Below the pieces are notes generated by a model, which ran no database searches, was not told where the DNA came from, and worked only from the letters and a program-made list of their open reading frames with translations. From Octopus vulgaris (lineage: Eukaryota), in contig OX597839.1 in the NCBI GenBank assembly GCA_951406725.2, forward strand, positions 33,480,001-33,544,000: a stretch of 64,000 nt of DNA, in the 5' to 3' direction. A program made the position numbers and the translations under genes. Positions 40,905 through 56,464 of this stretch are shown here, one piece after another (position 1 is the stretch's first letter; every line of letters begins with the position of its first letter).

Positions 40905-41964
40905 TATATATATACATACATACATATACATGTATACATGTGTGTGTTGTGTCGGTGTGTGTGTGTAAGATTCAGCTCGAAGTGACTTAACGCATTGTGG
41001 GTTCGTAGGAGATGTCCGAATCCCAAATGAACGGCCCCCACAGTTGCACTTTAATTCAGAATATTGATGCCGTGGGCTCAATATAAATTAGAGTAAGGTG
41101 TATATTCTTCCCGTGGCCATTTTTTGTTCGCCATTATTAATTATTTTTACATTTAACGCAATTAATATCTTAATGTCAGGAAAGTCAAATAAAATGGCAG
41201 CTCTCTCTCTCTATCTCTTTTCTCTCTCACTCTATCTCTCACTTTCTCTGTCCCTCTCTTTTCCTTTCATTCTTTCTTTCTTTTTCTCTTTCTCTGTCAA
41301 TCTTCTGCTTACTCTCTTTCTCTCTCTGTCTCTGTCTTTGCCTGTCTCTTTCTCTTTCTCTCTGTCTTAATCTCTCTCTCTCACTCTCTCTCTTTCTCCA
41401 TCCTTCACTCTTTCTTTCTCTCTTCCTCTCTTTCTTTCTCTGTCCCTCTCTCTCTCTTTCTCTGTCACTCTTTTTCTTACTCTCTTTCTCTCCGTCTCTC
41501 TGTCTGTCTGTCTGTCTTTCTCTTTCTTTCTCTCTTAATCTCTCTGACTCTCTCTTTCTCTCTGTCCCTCTTTTTCTTACTCTCTTTCTCTCCGTCTCTC
41601 TGTCTCTGCTTCTTTCTTTCTCTCTTAATCTCTCTGACTCTCTCTTTCTCTCTTTTAATCTCCCTCTCTCTATCTATCTATCTCTATCTCTATCTCTCCT
41701 TCTATTTCCTAGATTTCCATTCTGATGCGCTTCTTGGCTCCTGAAAGGTTCTCCTATATCAAACCATCTGCAGCCGACAACTGCAATTGCAATAACAACA
41801 ACATCCCGTCTGCGGACAATGCCACTCAAACAATGCTGCTTCTCTCTTCCAGACTTTTCAATCATCCCATTCTCTGCCTCCCTTCGACTCTCGCATCTGA
41901 CATCCTCTTCTCTGTTCTCTACTTCGTCTGTTTTCTTCCTTCCCATAGTCTTGCGTTTCTCGCA

Positions 41965-42448
41965 CTAGTAGTAGTAGTAGTAGTGGTGGTAGTGGTGGTG
42001 GTGGTGGTGGTGGTAGTGGTGGTGGTGGTGGTAGTAGTAGTGGTAGTAGTAGTGGTGGTGGTGGTGGTGGTGGTAGTAGTAGTAGTGGTGGTGGTGGTGG
42101 TAGTAGTAGTGGTGGTGGTGGTGGTAGTAGTAGTGGTGGTGGTGGTGGTAGTAGTAGTGGTGGTGGTGGTGGTGGTGGTGGTGGTGGTAGTGGTGGTGGT
42201 GGTGGTGGTGGTGGTAGTAGTACTTGTTGTTGGCATTGTTTTTCATCATCGGGATAATTTTCTTCTCATTCTGCTCTCCATCTTCCCTCTTTACCCATGT
42301 CATCTTTAAAAAAAAAATCGTCTACTTCTTCTCCCTTTCTTCTTCTTCTTCTTCTTCTTCTTCTTCTTCTTCTTCTTCTTCTTCTTCTTCTTCTTCTTCT
42401 TCTTCTTCTTCTTCTTCCACTTCTTCCACTTCTTCTCCTTCTTCTTCC

Positions 42449-42479
<31 letters not shown>

Positions 42480-42533
42480 CTTCTTCTTCTTCTTCTTCTT
42501 CTTCTTCTTCTTCTTCTTCTTCTTCTCCTCCTC
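41965..42533. repeat. (GTA/GTG)n and (CTT)n microsatellites
   Basis: Direct inspection. Confidence 0.95.
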
Positions 42534-42674
42534 CGTTAATTCCGCGGCGATCCCCAAAGTTCAAAACATTCCCAATAAATGCAGACGTTTGGCTCGGCTG
42601 CTTCGATGTCAAGTACTGAAGTCCTGTCACCCCGCTCTTTCATTGATCCACACATTTCACTAGGTTTGACTGCT

Positions 42675-42730
<56 letters not shown>

Positions 42731-42792
42731 GTGTGTGTATGTGTGTGTGTGTGCATACATGAATATATATATATATATCCAATATATAAGTG

Positions 42793-42858
<66 letters not shown>

Positions 42859-43410
42859 TATGTGTGTGTATGCGTGTGTGTATATATGCATGTATATATA
42901 TATATATATATACATACATACATATTCACACACATGTGTGTGTAATTATAAATGCATATATATACATACATACACATTCACACACACACACGGACGCACA
43001 CACACACACGCACACACACACAGACGCACACACACACACACACACACACACATATTTGTACTTGCTGTCCTTCCTGTTTTTGTTACCACTTTAACCCTCC
43101 GCAAATCCCAAATTTTTATTTAATTTGCTTTGCAGTAATGACTGTTTTAACGAAGTTGCGTCTTGTCCCAACGTTCGAAACACGGAGTAGATAAAGCAGG
43201 GGACAACTGATGAAGGGATTGTTCTTTATGTTGCATGTCTCGTTTCTCTATTTATTTATTTCGTTGTTCGAAAAAAAGTTCGTTTTCCATGTTTTTGTTT
43301 CTTTTATGTTCTCGTTTTTCATTTTGTTCACGTATATTTGACGTCCTGTACCCATATATGCATGTATATATACATATATATGTAGGTATGTACATACATG
43401 TATGTATATA

Positions 43411-43503
<93 letters not shown>

Positions 43504-43507
43504 ATAA

Positions 43508-43712
43508 AGTTAATCCAAACAAGAAAACACGAAAAAACACAACAACGCGAGGACGTGGAACAAATATAGTATTATTGGACGCTCAGGAAAGAAGGAAAGA
43601 AGGAGGGTTTAACGTTTCGAGCGGAGCTCTTCGTCGGAAACATAGGAGAAGGAAAGATCCAGAGAAGGGAAGACAGAGGAAAAAAATCGCCAACGGTACA
43701 CACGAGGTCACA
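43508..43712 (-). mobile_element. Family H2 element with hammerhead-like motif at 43607-43641
   Basis: Reverse complement of 31726-31922. Confidence 0.72.
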
Positions 43713-43735
43713 TTTTGAAATGTGTATATATATAT

Positions 43736-43866
<131 letters not shown>

Positions 43867-44400
43867 AATAGATAATTATACACAAATGATATACCGTTCG
43901 GACGTATATTATGACTGCAGCTAACTCCAAATTATTACCAATCCTGGCATTTTACGCTATAACCAACCACCGTATTGGTGGTACACGTTTCTAACTACCA
44001 ATTCTTTGTCTAAATTGACCTCACAGAAAAACATAATGCCATTTATCTGTTCCAAGAAATGCATGATTCCATGTCTGTATTTGTGACGAGATTAAGGGTT
44101 GGGGTCAGGGTTTCTGTTAGTATTAAGTCTAATGTTAGGTTCTGGATAAAAGTAATCATATAACCGCAGCGAGTCTCGATTGTGGTTACTAGATTTCAAT
44201 GAATATAATGGAGCAAATAATTCTACAGAATTCTTCGCTTATGATGTCTGAGTACAAAGGAATTATGCGGCAAATGATATTAATTTCAATATAGGTATCT
44301 TAGATTGGTTCTTTAAGTGAGTTTTATGGCATTCAGAAGAAATAATACACACACACAAAAACACACATACACACATATTCATATACATTAATACATTTCT

Positions 44401-44431
<31 letters not shown>

Positions 44432-44504
44432 GTTTCATGTATAATTTACAAATATGCATTGTAAGTGTATATCGAATTCTTATTATGTTCTTTCTTTCTT
44501 TTTC

Positions 44505-44914
44505 TTTTCTTCTACTTGTTTCACTCATTTGACTGCGGCCATGCTGGAGCACCGCCTTTAATCGAGCAACTCGACCCCGGGACTTATTCTTTTGTAAGCC
44601 CAGTACTTATTATATCGGTCTCTTTTGCCGAACCGCTAAGTAACGGGGACATAAACACGCCAGCATTGGTTGTCAAGCAATGCTAGGAGGACAAACACAG
44701 ACACAAACACACACACGCATATATATATATATATATATACATACATATATACGACGGGCTTCTTTCAGTTTCCGTCTACCAAATCCACTCACAAGGCTTT
44801 GGTCGGCCCGAGGCTATAGTAGAAGACACTTGCCCAAGGTGCCACGCAGTGGGACTGAACCCGGAACCATGTGGTTGGTAAACAAGCTACCTACCACACA
44901 GCCACTCCTGCGCC
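44505..44914 (-). mobile_element. Family A SINE, full length
   Basis: Homology to 62-471. Confidence 0.92.
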
Positions 44915-45874
44915 TGAAAAATATATTTGTGTGTATATGTACATAAATAATCATACACCCACACACACACATATATATTTATATTTGCATACATATACAT
45001 ACTTATGTATGCTTATGTATATAACGTATGTATAGATATATAATATATCCTATATGCATATTATACATTTATTCATATATGTACAACATATTATATGCTC
45101 GAATAGTTTACATGCTTATGTGTGTGTGTACTGTGTTGTGTGTGTGTGTGTGTATTAGATATGTACTACACAAGTACACACACTCACACACGCATACATA
45201 TATGTGTAATATATGTACCTATACATTTACTTTTGTTTTGCTTTGTCATAGGATAATATTCTATAATTGTGAAAGGATTCCGTCGTGCATGTATGACCTG
45301 GCCACCGACTCAGTTTCATTCTATTCTGTCGGTAATGTGTGCTTGGCCAGATTTTATAGGCCTACGGCAACTTTTATCTGCTTGTTGCTTTTGAATTACT
45401 CTCACAATTTTTTCTTTTGTTTTCCATTACGAACTCTTTTTCACATATTTTCCAATTCCTCAAATATATTCCAGCCATCTTATCGAAGTAGTTAATGTCT
45501 TTTTTGTCAACTTGATGTATAAATCAATTCTTATGTGATGATTTCCAGCTAGTTGTCTTGGACAGGAAATTTGTTAAGTATGGCAGACCTTTGGTACGTA
45601 AGTTTTTAACTATCTCCTTTTCTCCATGGTTATGGGAATATTCCGTGCGTACGCTCCGCTCGCCTGTATTCACGTGCTTGTGTGTGTGTATAAATATACA
45701 GGCTACGACAGAAAATTTTTCCATATTTTACGCGGCTATTACTGACTCGCTGGTGAGGTTAGGCAGACGATAATCGTAACTCCTCATAGCTAATGTCTTA
45801 TCGTCTTTCTTTCTTTCACTTAACGTCACGATTTACGATGGTGTATAGCTAAAGTATTTTTATTTATTATTAAT

Positions 45875-46620
<746 letters not shown>

Positions 46621-46628
46621 TTTTTCTT

Positions 46629-46730
<102 letters not shown>

Positions 46731-47129
46731 GTGTGAGAGAGCAGTGCATGCCATCAAAGTGACACTGGGGTACAAATATAGGAAGCCCAGTATACCCATC
46801 ATGACTACCCGTCTGATAAGGGTACTCCAGGCACATGCATTACAACCACATGTGCGTGACATGGTAATCTCATATCAAGATAAACAGTGCATGACCTTGC
46901 CGGTAGGGCCCAGTTAGAATTTTTCTTCCGGTCGAGTAGTCCATCCCGCTAAAATGGTCCCTGAAAAAAGAGGCCACTTACTGTGTACAATGCACTGATA
47001 TTTCAGACAAAGTCCCTCCCCGAAACGTCAATCTCCATTCCCACAACCTTCCAAACTCATTGACTCCCAGAAAGCTTTATGATAACTTAGATGTCTTTTG
47101 GCCAAAGATTGACCCAGTCCATGTTTAAC

Positions 47130-47293
47130 TTAATATTTCTTTTCATTACATGTTTTTGGTAATTTCTGGTGGGGAGGCTTTGGTCTTGTGCTGCAATTAA
47201 AAATCCCTCTGTTTCTGCTTTGAGTCCTGAGCTTCTCAGCCATTGCTGGGATTTTTCTTTGTCTATTTCTTTTGCGTTTAGTTTAGTGCAGTA
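47130..47293 (-). pseudogene. R4/Dong-like ORF fragment
   Basis: EIDKEKSQQWLRSSGLKAETEGFLIAAQDQSLPTRNYQKHV; 5' end abuts TAA repeats. Confidence 0.85.
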
Positions 47294-47339
47294 TTATTAT
47301 TATTATGATAGGATTTGGTGAATCCTTTTTAAGTGAAGT

Positions 47340-47540
47340 TTTGTTGTATCACGGCCGATTCAAGTAGGGAGTTGTTGTTGGCTGCGATTTATCCAGGTGC
47401 AAGTGGCTTGTCTGGTGTCCCTTGAAGAAGTTTGTCCAGGTTTCGTTCGAAGGTGGTAGAGCCTTTTTCCTCTTTTACTTGTTTTGGAATAATGTTCAAT
47501 AGAGAAAGTACTGTTGAGGAAACGAAATAGTGCTGCAGTG
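47340..47540 (-). pseudogene. CR1/L2-group LINE C-terminal remnant
   Basis: LLNIIPKQVKEEKGSTTFERNLDKLLQGTPDKPLAPG*...NNSLLE. Confidence 0.6.
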
Positions 47541-47761
47541 AATTTTTTGTTGTGAGCCTGAATTCACTTTTCCAGTTTCAACGCAGATCATCGCCAGTTA
47601 TCTTGGATTTTAAAGGTTTACTTTACAAAAGTCAACGTAAGCTTCTGTTTGATAAACGGATTAAAAATCTCTGTTTAGCTCAACTGAAATTTATCTTTTA
47701 CTACGGAGCAGATTTATTCAATCTTTTGATGATATTCTTCAACGTAAGGTTTTGAAGTATA

Positions 47762-48170
47762 CTCTTTACTCTTTTAGATGTTTCAGTCATTTGACTGCGG
47801 CCATGCTGGAGCACCGCCTTTAGTCGAGCAAATCGACTCCGGGACTTATTCTTTGTAAGCCCAGTACATATTCTATCGGTTTCTTTTGCCAAACCGCTAA
47901 GTGACGGGGACGTAAACACACCAGCATCGGTTGTCAAGCAATGCTAGGGGTACAAACACAGACACACAAACACATACACATACATATACATATATATACA
48001 TATATACGACAGGCTTCTTTCAGTTTCTGTCTACCAAATCCACTCACAAGGCATTGGTCGGCCTGGGGCTATAGCAGAAGACACTTGCCCAAGATGCCAC
48101 GCAGTGGGACTGAACCCGGAACCATGTGGTTGGTTAGCAAGCTACTTACCACACAGCCACTCCTGCGCCT
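47762..48170 (-). mobile_element. Family A SINE, full length
   Basis: Homology to 62-471. Confidence 0.92.
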
Positions 48171-48803
48171 AAGTATGTTGGCATTTATAAATTATTTTTC
48201 AACCAGCATCAAACTTTCGGGAAAATTTACTTATGGATCACGTGCAAGAATCATTCCCTTCTGATAAATAAAGCTGTTAAGTGATTCCGTGCGTTTGGAT
48301 GACTTCAAATTGCAAATCAGAAACACCAATGAATATAAAGCAGTTAAAAACATTGTGGTGGGGGATGAATTGCGGTAGTGAATGCGTCAAGTGAGATCTT
48401 CAAGTCAGGAAATTTTCTTCAACTCTCACTCCATAAATATCACATAAGACGCCCATGAAGGATTTGAGCAAGAAGAGATGCATAGAATCTTGACAGTAAT
48501 GAAGAGTTTGGGAACCTACAAACGAAAATATATGAATAACGAATGATTTCGAAATCAGAGTTGAAATAGAAAAACAGGATTGATGTCATAAGAGCTAAAG
48601 CATTGACCAAAACACAGGACAACTTCAAAAGTTATAAATTCACCCTTGAAAATTTCCTTTGGTTCTTTTTATAAGTGAGTGCACACCTCCATTGATGTTC
48701 TCGCTTCTTACACAATAATTCGTCATAAATCAAGTCTACACTAACTAAACCATTAACAAAAGTGTTGGTCGTAAAAAATCATATCCAGTGAATCTACATG
48801 AAT

Positions 48804-49203
48804 AGGCGCAGGAGTGGCTGTGTGGTAAGTAGCTTGCTAACCAACCACATGGTTCCGGGTTCAGTCCCACTGCGTGGCATCTTGGGCAAGTGTCTTCTAC
48901 TATAGCCCCGGGCCGACCAATGCCTTGTGAGTGGATTTGGTAGACGGAAACTGAAAGAAGCCCGTCGTATATATGTATATGTAAGTGTGTATGTGTTTGT
49001 GTGTCTGTGTTTGTCCCCCTAGCATTGCTTGACAACCGATGCTGGTGTGTTTACGTCCCCGTCACTTAGCGGTTCGGCAAAAGAGACCGATAGAATAAGT
49101 ACTGGGCTTACAAAAGAATAAGTCCCGGGGTCGATTTGCTCGACTAAAGGCGGTGCTCCAGCATGGCCGCAGTCAAATGACTGAAACAAGTAAAAGAGTA
49201 AAA
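48804..49203 (+). mobile_element. Family A SINE, full length
   Basis: AGGCGCAGGAGTGGCTGTGTGG...GAAACAAGTAAAAGAG. Confidence 0.92.
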
Positions 49204-49208
49204 GTATA

Positions 49209-49786
49209 CCGTATTTGATAGCGTAAAAGACGCGAGGTCACAAAAGACACACGGTTGCACTAGATGCACGGGCGTATTAGATGCACCCCCCCCCCCACTT
49301 CAGCAGTGCATATTCAAGAAAAGGAAACAGGATTTTAGTGCTTTAAAGTATGTAATATTTGTTTCAAATTTAATGACAGACAAAATGCCGCTAAACATTT
49401 TGCCCGTCGTTCTAACGAACCTTCCAGCTCTCTGGCCAAAATAAAACTGAAATGTCAGTTTCGAATTTTGGCGCAAGGCCAGCAATTTCAGGTGAGGGTT
49501 AAGTCTATTACATCGACCCCAGTGCGTAACTGGTACTTATTTCATCGACACCGAAAAGAAGAAATGCAAACTCGACCTCGGCGGAATTTGAACTCAGAAC
49601 GCAAAGACAGGCGAGATACCGCAAAGCATTTTTTCCGATGCGCTAACGATTCGGCCAGCTCGCCATGTGAAATGTATGTAATATTTAAAACAGTCTCAGC
49701 CTATCTTCGTTTATAAGACCCAGAGAAAATTTGGGGGGCATATTTGGGGAGGTGGGGCAGTGCGTCTGAATTACCATCAAATACGG
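49209..49786. mobile_element. pogo/Tigger-like MITE with TA TSD, containing nested SINE B pieces
   Basis: TIRs TA|CCGTATTTGAT...AGACGC and GCGTCT...ATCAAATACGG|TA. Confidence 0.75.
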
Positions 49787-49853
49787 TATAAAAAATCTTC
49801 ACGATCGGAAAAAGAGGAGAAACTAAGTCATATATGTGTGTGTGTGTGTGTGC

Positions 49854-49888
<35 letters not shown>

Positions 49889-49976
49889 CATACATATACA
49901 CACACACATATATATATATACATATATCATATATATATACATATATATATATACATATATATATACATATATATAT

Positions 49977-50019
<43 letters not shown>

Positions 50020-50242
50020 ATGTATTCATATATGTGTGTTTGTACATATAGGTACGCTTATATTTGTATTTTTATAAATATACATACATGTTTACACATA
50101 CGTATACATAAATATAGACAGATACACACACACACACATACCTCTACATCCATATATACATACATCTATCTACATAGGTACACATACATACCTATATACA
50201 AATTGATATATACATACCTATACGCATATATGTATACGCATA

Positions 50243-50335
<93 letters not shown>

Positions 50336-50773
50336 TATGCATACACACACACACACACATGTATATATATATATATATATATGCTCACCAAAACGAAAGC
50401 GGCAGCTGATTATCCGACACCTTATCCAACCATTATTGCAGGTGTGTACACAAAACAAAAAAAAATATATATATATACTGGAATAAAATTTCAAACGACA
50501 AAACAATCACGGCTATTAGTGAAGATAATGCCTGTATACGTTTCTCCGTCTCACTACGCTTTCTGCAATTAAGCTGTGAAGGTGTGTGTCACGGCTGTGC
50601 TTCTATTAGTATGCCGAAGCACGCCGGACCAAAACTCGGCATTCACCTGTTTCAACAGACGACAGCTCGACGATAAATATCGCCTTTTTAATACTGTATC
50701 TGGCGAAGTGACCATCGCCTTATCTGTCTGTGTGTTTATTTATCTTTTCATTTACTTTTGTTTATTGGTCTGT

Positions 50774-50888
<115 letters not shown>

Positions 50889-50927
50889 GCCAGTTAGCTA
50901 GCTATCAGATAGATAAATAGATAGATA

Positions 50928-51412
50928 TGTTTCTTTATTAGCCACACAGGGCTGCACACAGACAGGACAACATTACAAGGTAGAGCTTTTCTTTTGGGGG
51001 TAAAAGAAGGGGGTTTGGTTTTCGATCAAAAGGGATCGTAAATGGAAAGAAAGAGGACAAAAAAGGTGGGGGGTAAAATAAAATTTAAAAAAAAAAGTGG
51101 AGGTGAGGAAATAAAAGGAAAGGAAAAAAATTGATCAATAGGGATCGTTATCACAGAAATGTCAATATGAAGTGTAAAGGGAAGGACAGGTGAGGTTTAC
51201 CCGTGGAAAGAAAAGCCTACGGAAAAGACCACGGTAACCTCGGTCAATGAAGTCACATGTTATATTTCTTTTTTTTTTTGCAAATAAGCAACTCTCTGTA
51301 TTAATTTTTACGGTTCATAGAATCATAGTCAAGGTGGCTTCGTCATTCATACGTGCCATCCTTGCTACATTCGCCCATCTTTTTTTAAAACATTCACTAG
51401 ACAAAACTTGCC
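50928..51412 (-). mobile_element. L1/Tx1-like retrotransposon 3' end inserted in (GATA)n
   Basis: RQVLSSECFKKRWANVARMARMNDEATLTMIL*, then a 3'UTR ending AATAAAGAAAC; flanks share AGATAGATAAATAGATAGATA (50907-50927, 51418-51438). Confidence 0.6.
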
Positions 51413-52260
51413 TAGATAGATAGATAAATAGATAGATAGAGAGAGAGGAAACAGACAGTTAGACAGACAGACAGATAGGTAGATAAATAGATAGATAAAT
51501 AGCTAGATAGATCGATCGATAGATAGATAGATAGACAGATAGAAAGACGGACAAAGAGAAAGATATATATATATCTTTGCTGGTGGTGGTGGTGGTGGTG
51601 GTGGTGATGGTTGGTGGTGGTGGTGGTGGTGACGCTGCTGGTGGTGGTGGTGACGCTGGTGGTGGTGGTGACGCTGGTGGTGGTGGTGGTGCTGGTGATG
51701 GTGATGGTTGGTGATGGTGGTGGTGGTGGTGGTGGTGGTGGTGGTGGTGGTGATGGTGGCGATGGTGATGGTGTGGTGGTGGTGGTGGTGGTGGTCGTGG
51801 CAGAGTTGTCCATAGTAGAAGTCGTGGTTGACTGTGAAGCTGTCGTCTGGTTTCTTCCAATTCTTCGTGTTTCGGCGTCTGTGTTCACACCTGCACCTGT
51901 GTTGCTCCTCCCCTTCTTTCCCTCCCTCGTGAAGCTGTGAGGAAGGCAGGGTAGGAGGGAAATCAACGTCGTTGTCAAGGGGACCAATGACCTTTCCCCC
52001 AACGACTTCATGGATTTGAAGTCGCCTCAAAGCAGAAAATGGCTAGGAAAGCCGAAGACGAATTTACGAAATGGGGAAACACGCCACACGGGGAAGGTTT
52101 CCCGTGCAAAGGATTTGCACAAACGAATGTATTTATTAGTTGTTGCACAACTTTTACACAAAAAATATTATCCAAACAAACTTTTGAAGGCAATAAAAAG
52201 ACAAACTTGAAGACAATAAAAGGCAAACTTACTGCGAGCCGATGTGACTATCGTCCGTCC

Positions 52261-52407
<147 letters not shown>

Positions 52408-52448
52408 TGTCAGAGAGAGACAGAGAGATAGAGAGAGAGAGAGATAGC

Positions 52449-52486
<38 letters not shown>

Positions 52487-53000
52487 GAGAGAGATAGAGA
52501 GAATGATAGAGAGAGAGATAGAGAAATAGATAGATAGATACATAGAAAGAGACAGACAGACAGACAGACAGACAGGCAGATAGTTAACCAAAACAACAAC
52601 AAACCAACAAACACAATACAATCAACAAGTACGACAATTGCAACAACAACAACAACAACAACAACGACAGCAGCAGCAGCAGACATAACATAAGGAAGAA
52701 CAGACACTGCAACAACAACAACAACAACAACACCGTGCGAATAAAGGTAACCAAGGTGACCACAGGTAGATGGATAAATTGAAACAACAACAACAACAAC
52801 AGCAACATGAAGAAACAGCTAAAATAACAGCAGCAGCAGCCACAGAAACAGTTGTAGCAGCTACAGCCTCAACAACAACAACAAACAACAACAACAACCA
52901 CCACCACCACCACCACTACTACTACTACTACTACCGCTGCTGCTACTACTACTACTACTACCACTAATTACTCTTCCCAGTAGCTACTGCTACTACTACA

Positions 53001-53050
<50 letters not shown>

Positions 53051-53818
53051 CGCTGCTACTACTACCACTAATTACTACTCCCAGTAACTACTACTACTGC
53101 TGCTACTACTACTGTTGCTGCTATAACTACAACTGATGCTGCTGCTGCTGCTGCTGCTACTACTACAACTACCACCACCACTACCACTACCACCACATCC
53201 ACTGCTACTATTACCACAACTACTATTACCAGTGACTACTACTACTACTACTACTACTATTAATATTGCTACTACTACCACCACCACTACAATCACCACC
53301 ACAACCACCACCACCACTACAACCACCACCACCACGACCACCACAACCACCACCACCACTACATCCACCACCACCACCAGCACCACCACCATCACTACTA
53401 CTACTACTACAGTATATGTGTGAAAAATTGCCGTGGGGTGGGGGTTAATGTTAGTATGAAGAAATTAAATAAGCGAATAAACGAAATCGTTTGAGTAAAT
53501 AAGATATTCGATCAATCAAAGTTATCGATCTGGGAGAGGTGGGAGGATAACGGGAGAAGGTAAAAGGTTAATGGATTTATCTGTAGTCACGTGACTTATT
53601 AAACGCGTGATTGATTAGGGAAGGGATTTCGAAGCTGTTTGGTTCTTACATCCCTTCGGAGGAGACATGAGAAAGGAGGATGGAGAGAGGGAGGGGAGAA
53701 AGAGTGGGAAAAGGGGGAGGGGCGAGAAGAAGTGTTAATGACGAACATGGAAATAATAACAATAACAACAACAACAACTGCAATAATAATAATAATGATG
53801 ATGATGATGATGATGATG

Positions 53819-53849
<31 letters not shown>

Positions 53850-54099
53850 TAACAATAATAATAATAATCACAATAACAATAACAATAATAATAATGATAA
53901 TAATCACAATAACAATAACAATAATAATAATAATAATAACAACAACAACAACAACAATAATAATAATAATAATAATAACAATGACAATAATAATAATAAT
54001 AATATTAATAATAATAATAATGATAATAATAATGATAAAAATAATAATAATAACAATAACAACAACAACAACAACAATAATAATAATAATAATAATAAC

Positions 54100-54137
<38 letters not shown>

Positions 54138-54224
54138 CAATAACAACAACAACAACAACAATAATAATAATAATAACAATAACAATAATAATAATAATAA
54201 TAATGATAATAATAATAATAATAA

Positions 54225-54947
54225 AGCGTTAAACACTATGTGAAGTGCAGAATTGACAACACTACCGAGAGCGACAAATGCAGAATGTGTGGTGAGAGGG
54301 GTGAAATGGTATGGCGCATTGTTAGCGAACCCCTGAAATTGGCTCAACACGAATGCAAAAGACGATACGGCAATGTGGTGGCAAGAATGATCCACTGGGA
54401 GCTCTGTGGAAATCACGGCCTACAAAGAGCAAAGACGTGGTATGGGAAAACTCCAGAAGGAGTCACCGAGAAATGAGAACTGCAAAATCCTGTGGGATGT
54501 AATGATCCAGTGCGATCACCTGACCAGACATCGGACACTGGACATTGTTGTGGTGGATAAAAAAAAGGAAGAACATGTATGATAATCGACATAGCATGAT
54601 GTCCCTCTGACCACAGGATCAATGTGAAAGAAGAAAAAATAAACAACTATGACGATTTAAAGTGGGAAATACGAAGGTTGTGGTCAATAAAGAGAGTAGA
54701 CGTGATGCCAATAGTAATTGGTGCACTTTGAAGTATCAGCACTCAACTACCAACATGGCTGGAAAAGACTGGTGCAAGTGTGAAGGTAGAACACCTACAA
54801 AAATCAGCCTTGCTTGGAACTGTAAGAATTCTTCACAGGGTTCTTGAAGCATGACCAGTAAAACAAGTGTCTGCTCAGTCTGCTGGCTGTGGACACCCGA
54901 CACTTTCCATCATACCCAGCAAAATATGCTGAGAGTTTTCATCAAAT
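54225..54947 (+). pseudogene. R4/Dong-like retrotransposon 3' end (zinc knuckle plus RLE) in (TAA)n
   Basis: DKCRMCGERGEMVWRIVSE...KILWDVMIQCDH...LDIVVVDK...IIDIA...PIVIGAL...LQKSALLGTVRILHRVLEA*; long AAT tracts on both sides. Confidence 0.92.
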
Positions 54948-54948
54948 G

Positions 54949-54988
<40 letters not shown>

Positions 54989-55014
54989 CAACAACAACAA
55001 CAATAATAATAGTA

Positions 55015-55063
<49 letters not shown>

Positions 55064-55139
55064 TAACAATAATAATTATAATAATAATAATAATAATAAT
55101 AACAACAACAATAATAACAATAATAATAATAATAATAGC

Positions 55140-55191
<52 letters not shown>

Positions 55192-55618
55192 GTAATAATA
55201 ACAATAATAATCGTTGTTGTTTTTGTTGTTTATTATATAATTTTGCATACAAGAATCAAAGTATATTCGGCTTGTAAGTGACCGAGACAGAAATCAAAAT
55301 TATAGAAGCTAAATTGATGTCTGCAGAATTAATAATGTACACTCAGAAAGGTAATATATCCTTCGAGGTATGCAAAAGAAAGCTATATAATATATTTAAC
55401 AAGTGTTTCGTTATTCGAAAACCTATTTAGTGTGTGATTTATATAATATGAAGTTGCTAACCAGGAGATTCGTAATGAGTTTTCTACCAAAAAAAAAAGT
55501 AAAATTGTGGGTAATACACGAAGTAATTTATGACAAGTAATGGAGAGACAATCGCATTAATGGATTACTTTCGAAAGTTGATTGGCTTTCTTGTTCTGCA
55601 AAGTGTAAATATCATATA

Positions 55619-55924
55619 CTAGCAGTATCGCCCGGCGTTGCTCGGGTTTGTAAGGGAAATAACTATATAAGCATTTTTAGAGAGTTACTTCCCTTATATA
55701 AACCGAGCAAAAAATGCATTAAAAATGCGGAAAAATGATAATAAATTTTTTTTTTAAATCGTAGATTCATCGTAGACGCGCGCTAATACCCAGAAGGGCT
55801 CGATATGAATCACGACTATAAGATACCTGCTTTTGGTTAAACTGCACCGCAAAATGTGGGAGTAGTTAGGAATCTAAATCGGAGTAGACAGACAGACACA
55901 CAACTTCAGTTTTATATATAAAGA
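55619..55924 (-). mobile_element. Non-autonomous Helitron
   Basis: Minus strand 5' TCTTTATATATAAAA; 3' hairpin CCCGAGCAACGCCGGG plus CTAG; inserted at A|T with no TSD. Confidence 0.88.
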
Positions 55925-56099
55925 TTTTGCAGATCGTTAGAGACACACAGCAAATCGTAGCATGGCCATGTTTCTGGTGTAGATAAACTGAATGTTAACC
56001 TGAATATGAATATACACATCCATCAATATTATGTGGCTGTCCTTTTTTGGGGACAAGTTCTTTGTTATATGTACAGTTCTGTAGCTTTAAGTTATCACT

Positions 56100-56320
56100 G
56101 TTTGTTGTCGTTTGTAGCAATAACCTGGTGGATGCCCAGGCAGTGGTCATATTTTTAACGCTGTTGATATCGCCAGATTGAATGGTGCTGCCCAGGTGTC
56201 GAAAACATAGTGATGTGCGATTAGCAGCTGATGATGGGAATTGATATGTTATGCTCGATTGTGAATTTCTAATATCTTGGTCTCGTTATCCTAAGCTGTA
56301 TTCCATTCTTGTAAAATGGA
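56100..56320 (-). pseudogene. RTE-like LINE reverse-transcriptase remnant
   Basis: GIQL...ETKIL and CFRHLGSTIQSGDI resemble GLxINxxKTK and FxYLGS motifs. Confidence 0.4.
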
Positions 56321-56464
56321 CAGTGTCCGTTTAGCTTTCTTCATAGGTAATCTAATTAGGCTTAAATAATTGTTAGCTACTGATGTCTAGTTTTGAGAGG
56401 TCCTGTGACATATATATGTATGTATAATGCTATATTATATATATACTAAAGACGGAAACTATAG

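Noticed and set aside
41700-41960. Polypyrimidine tract plus AG followed by unique sequence, a possible + strand exon
   Set aside because: The tract is a CT microsatellite; no clear donor and no recognisable peptide
43170-43225. GAAAC...GTA followed by CTGATGAAG, a possible type II hammerhead
   Set aside because: Helix I and II cannot be paired convincingly
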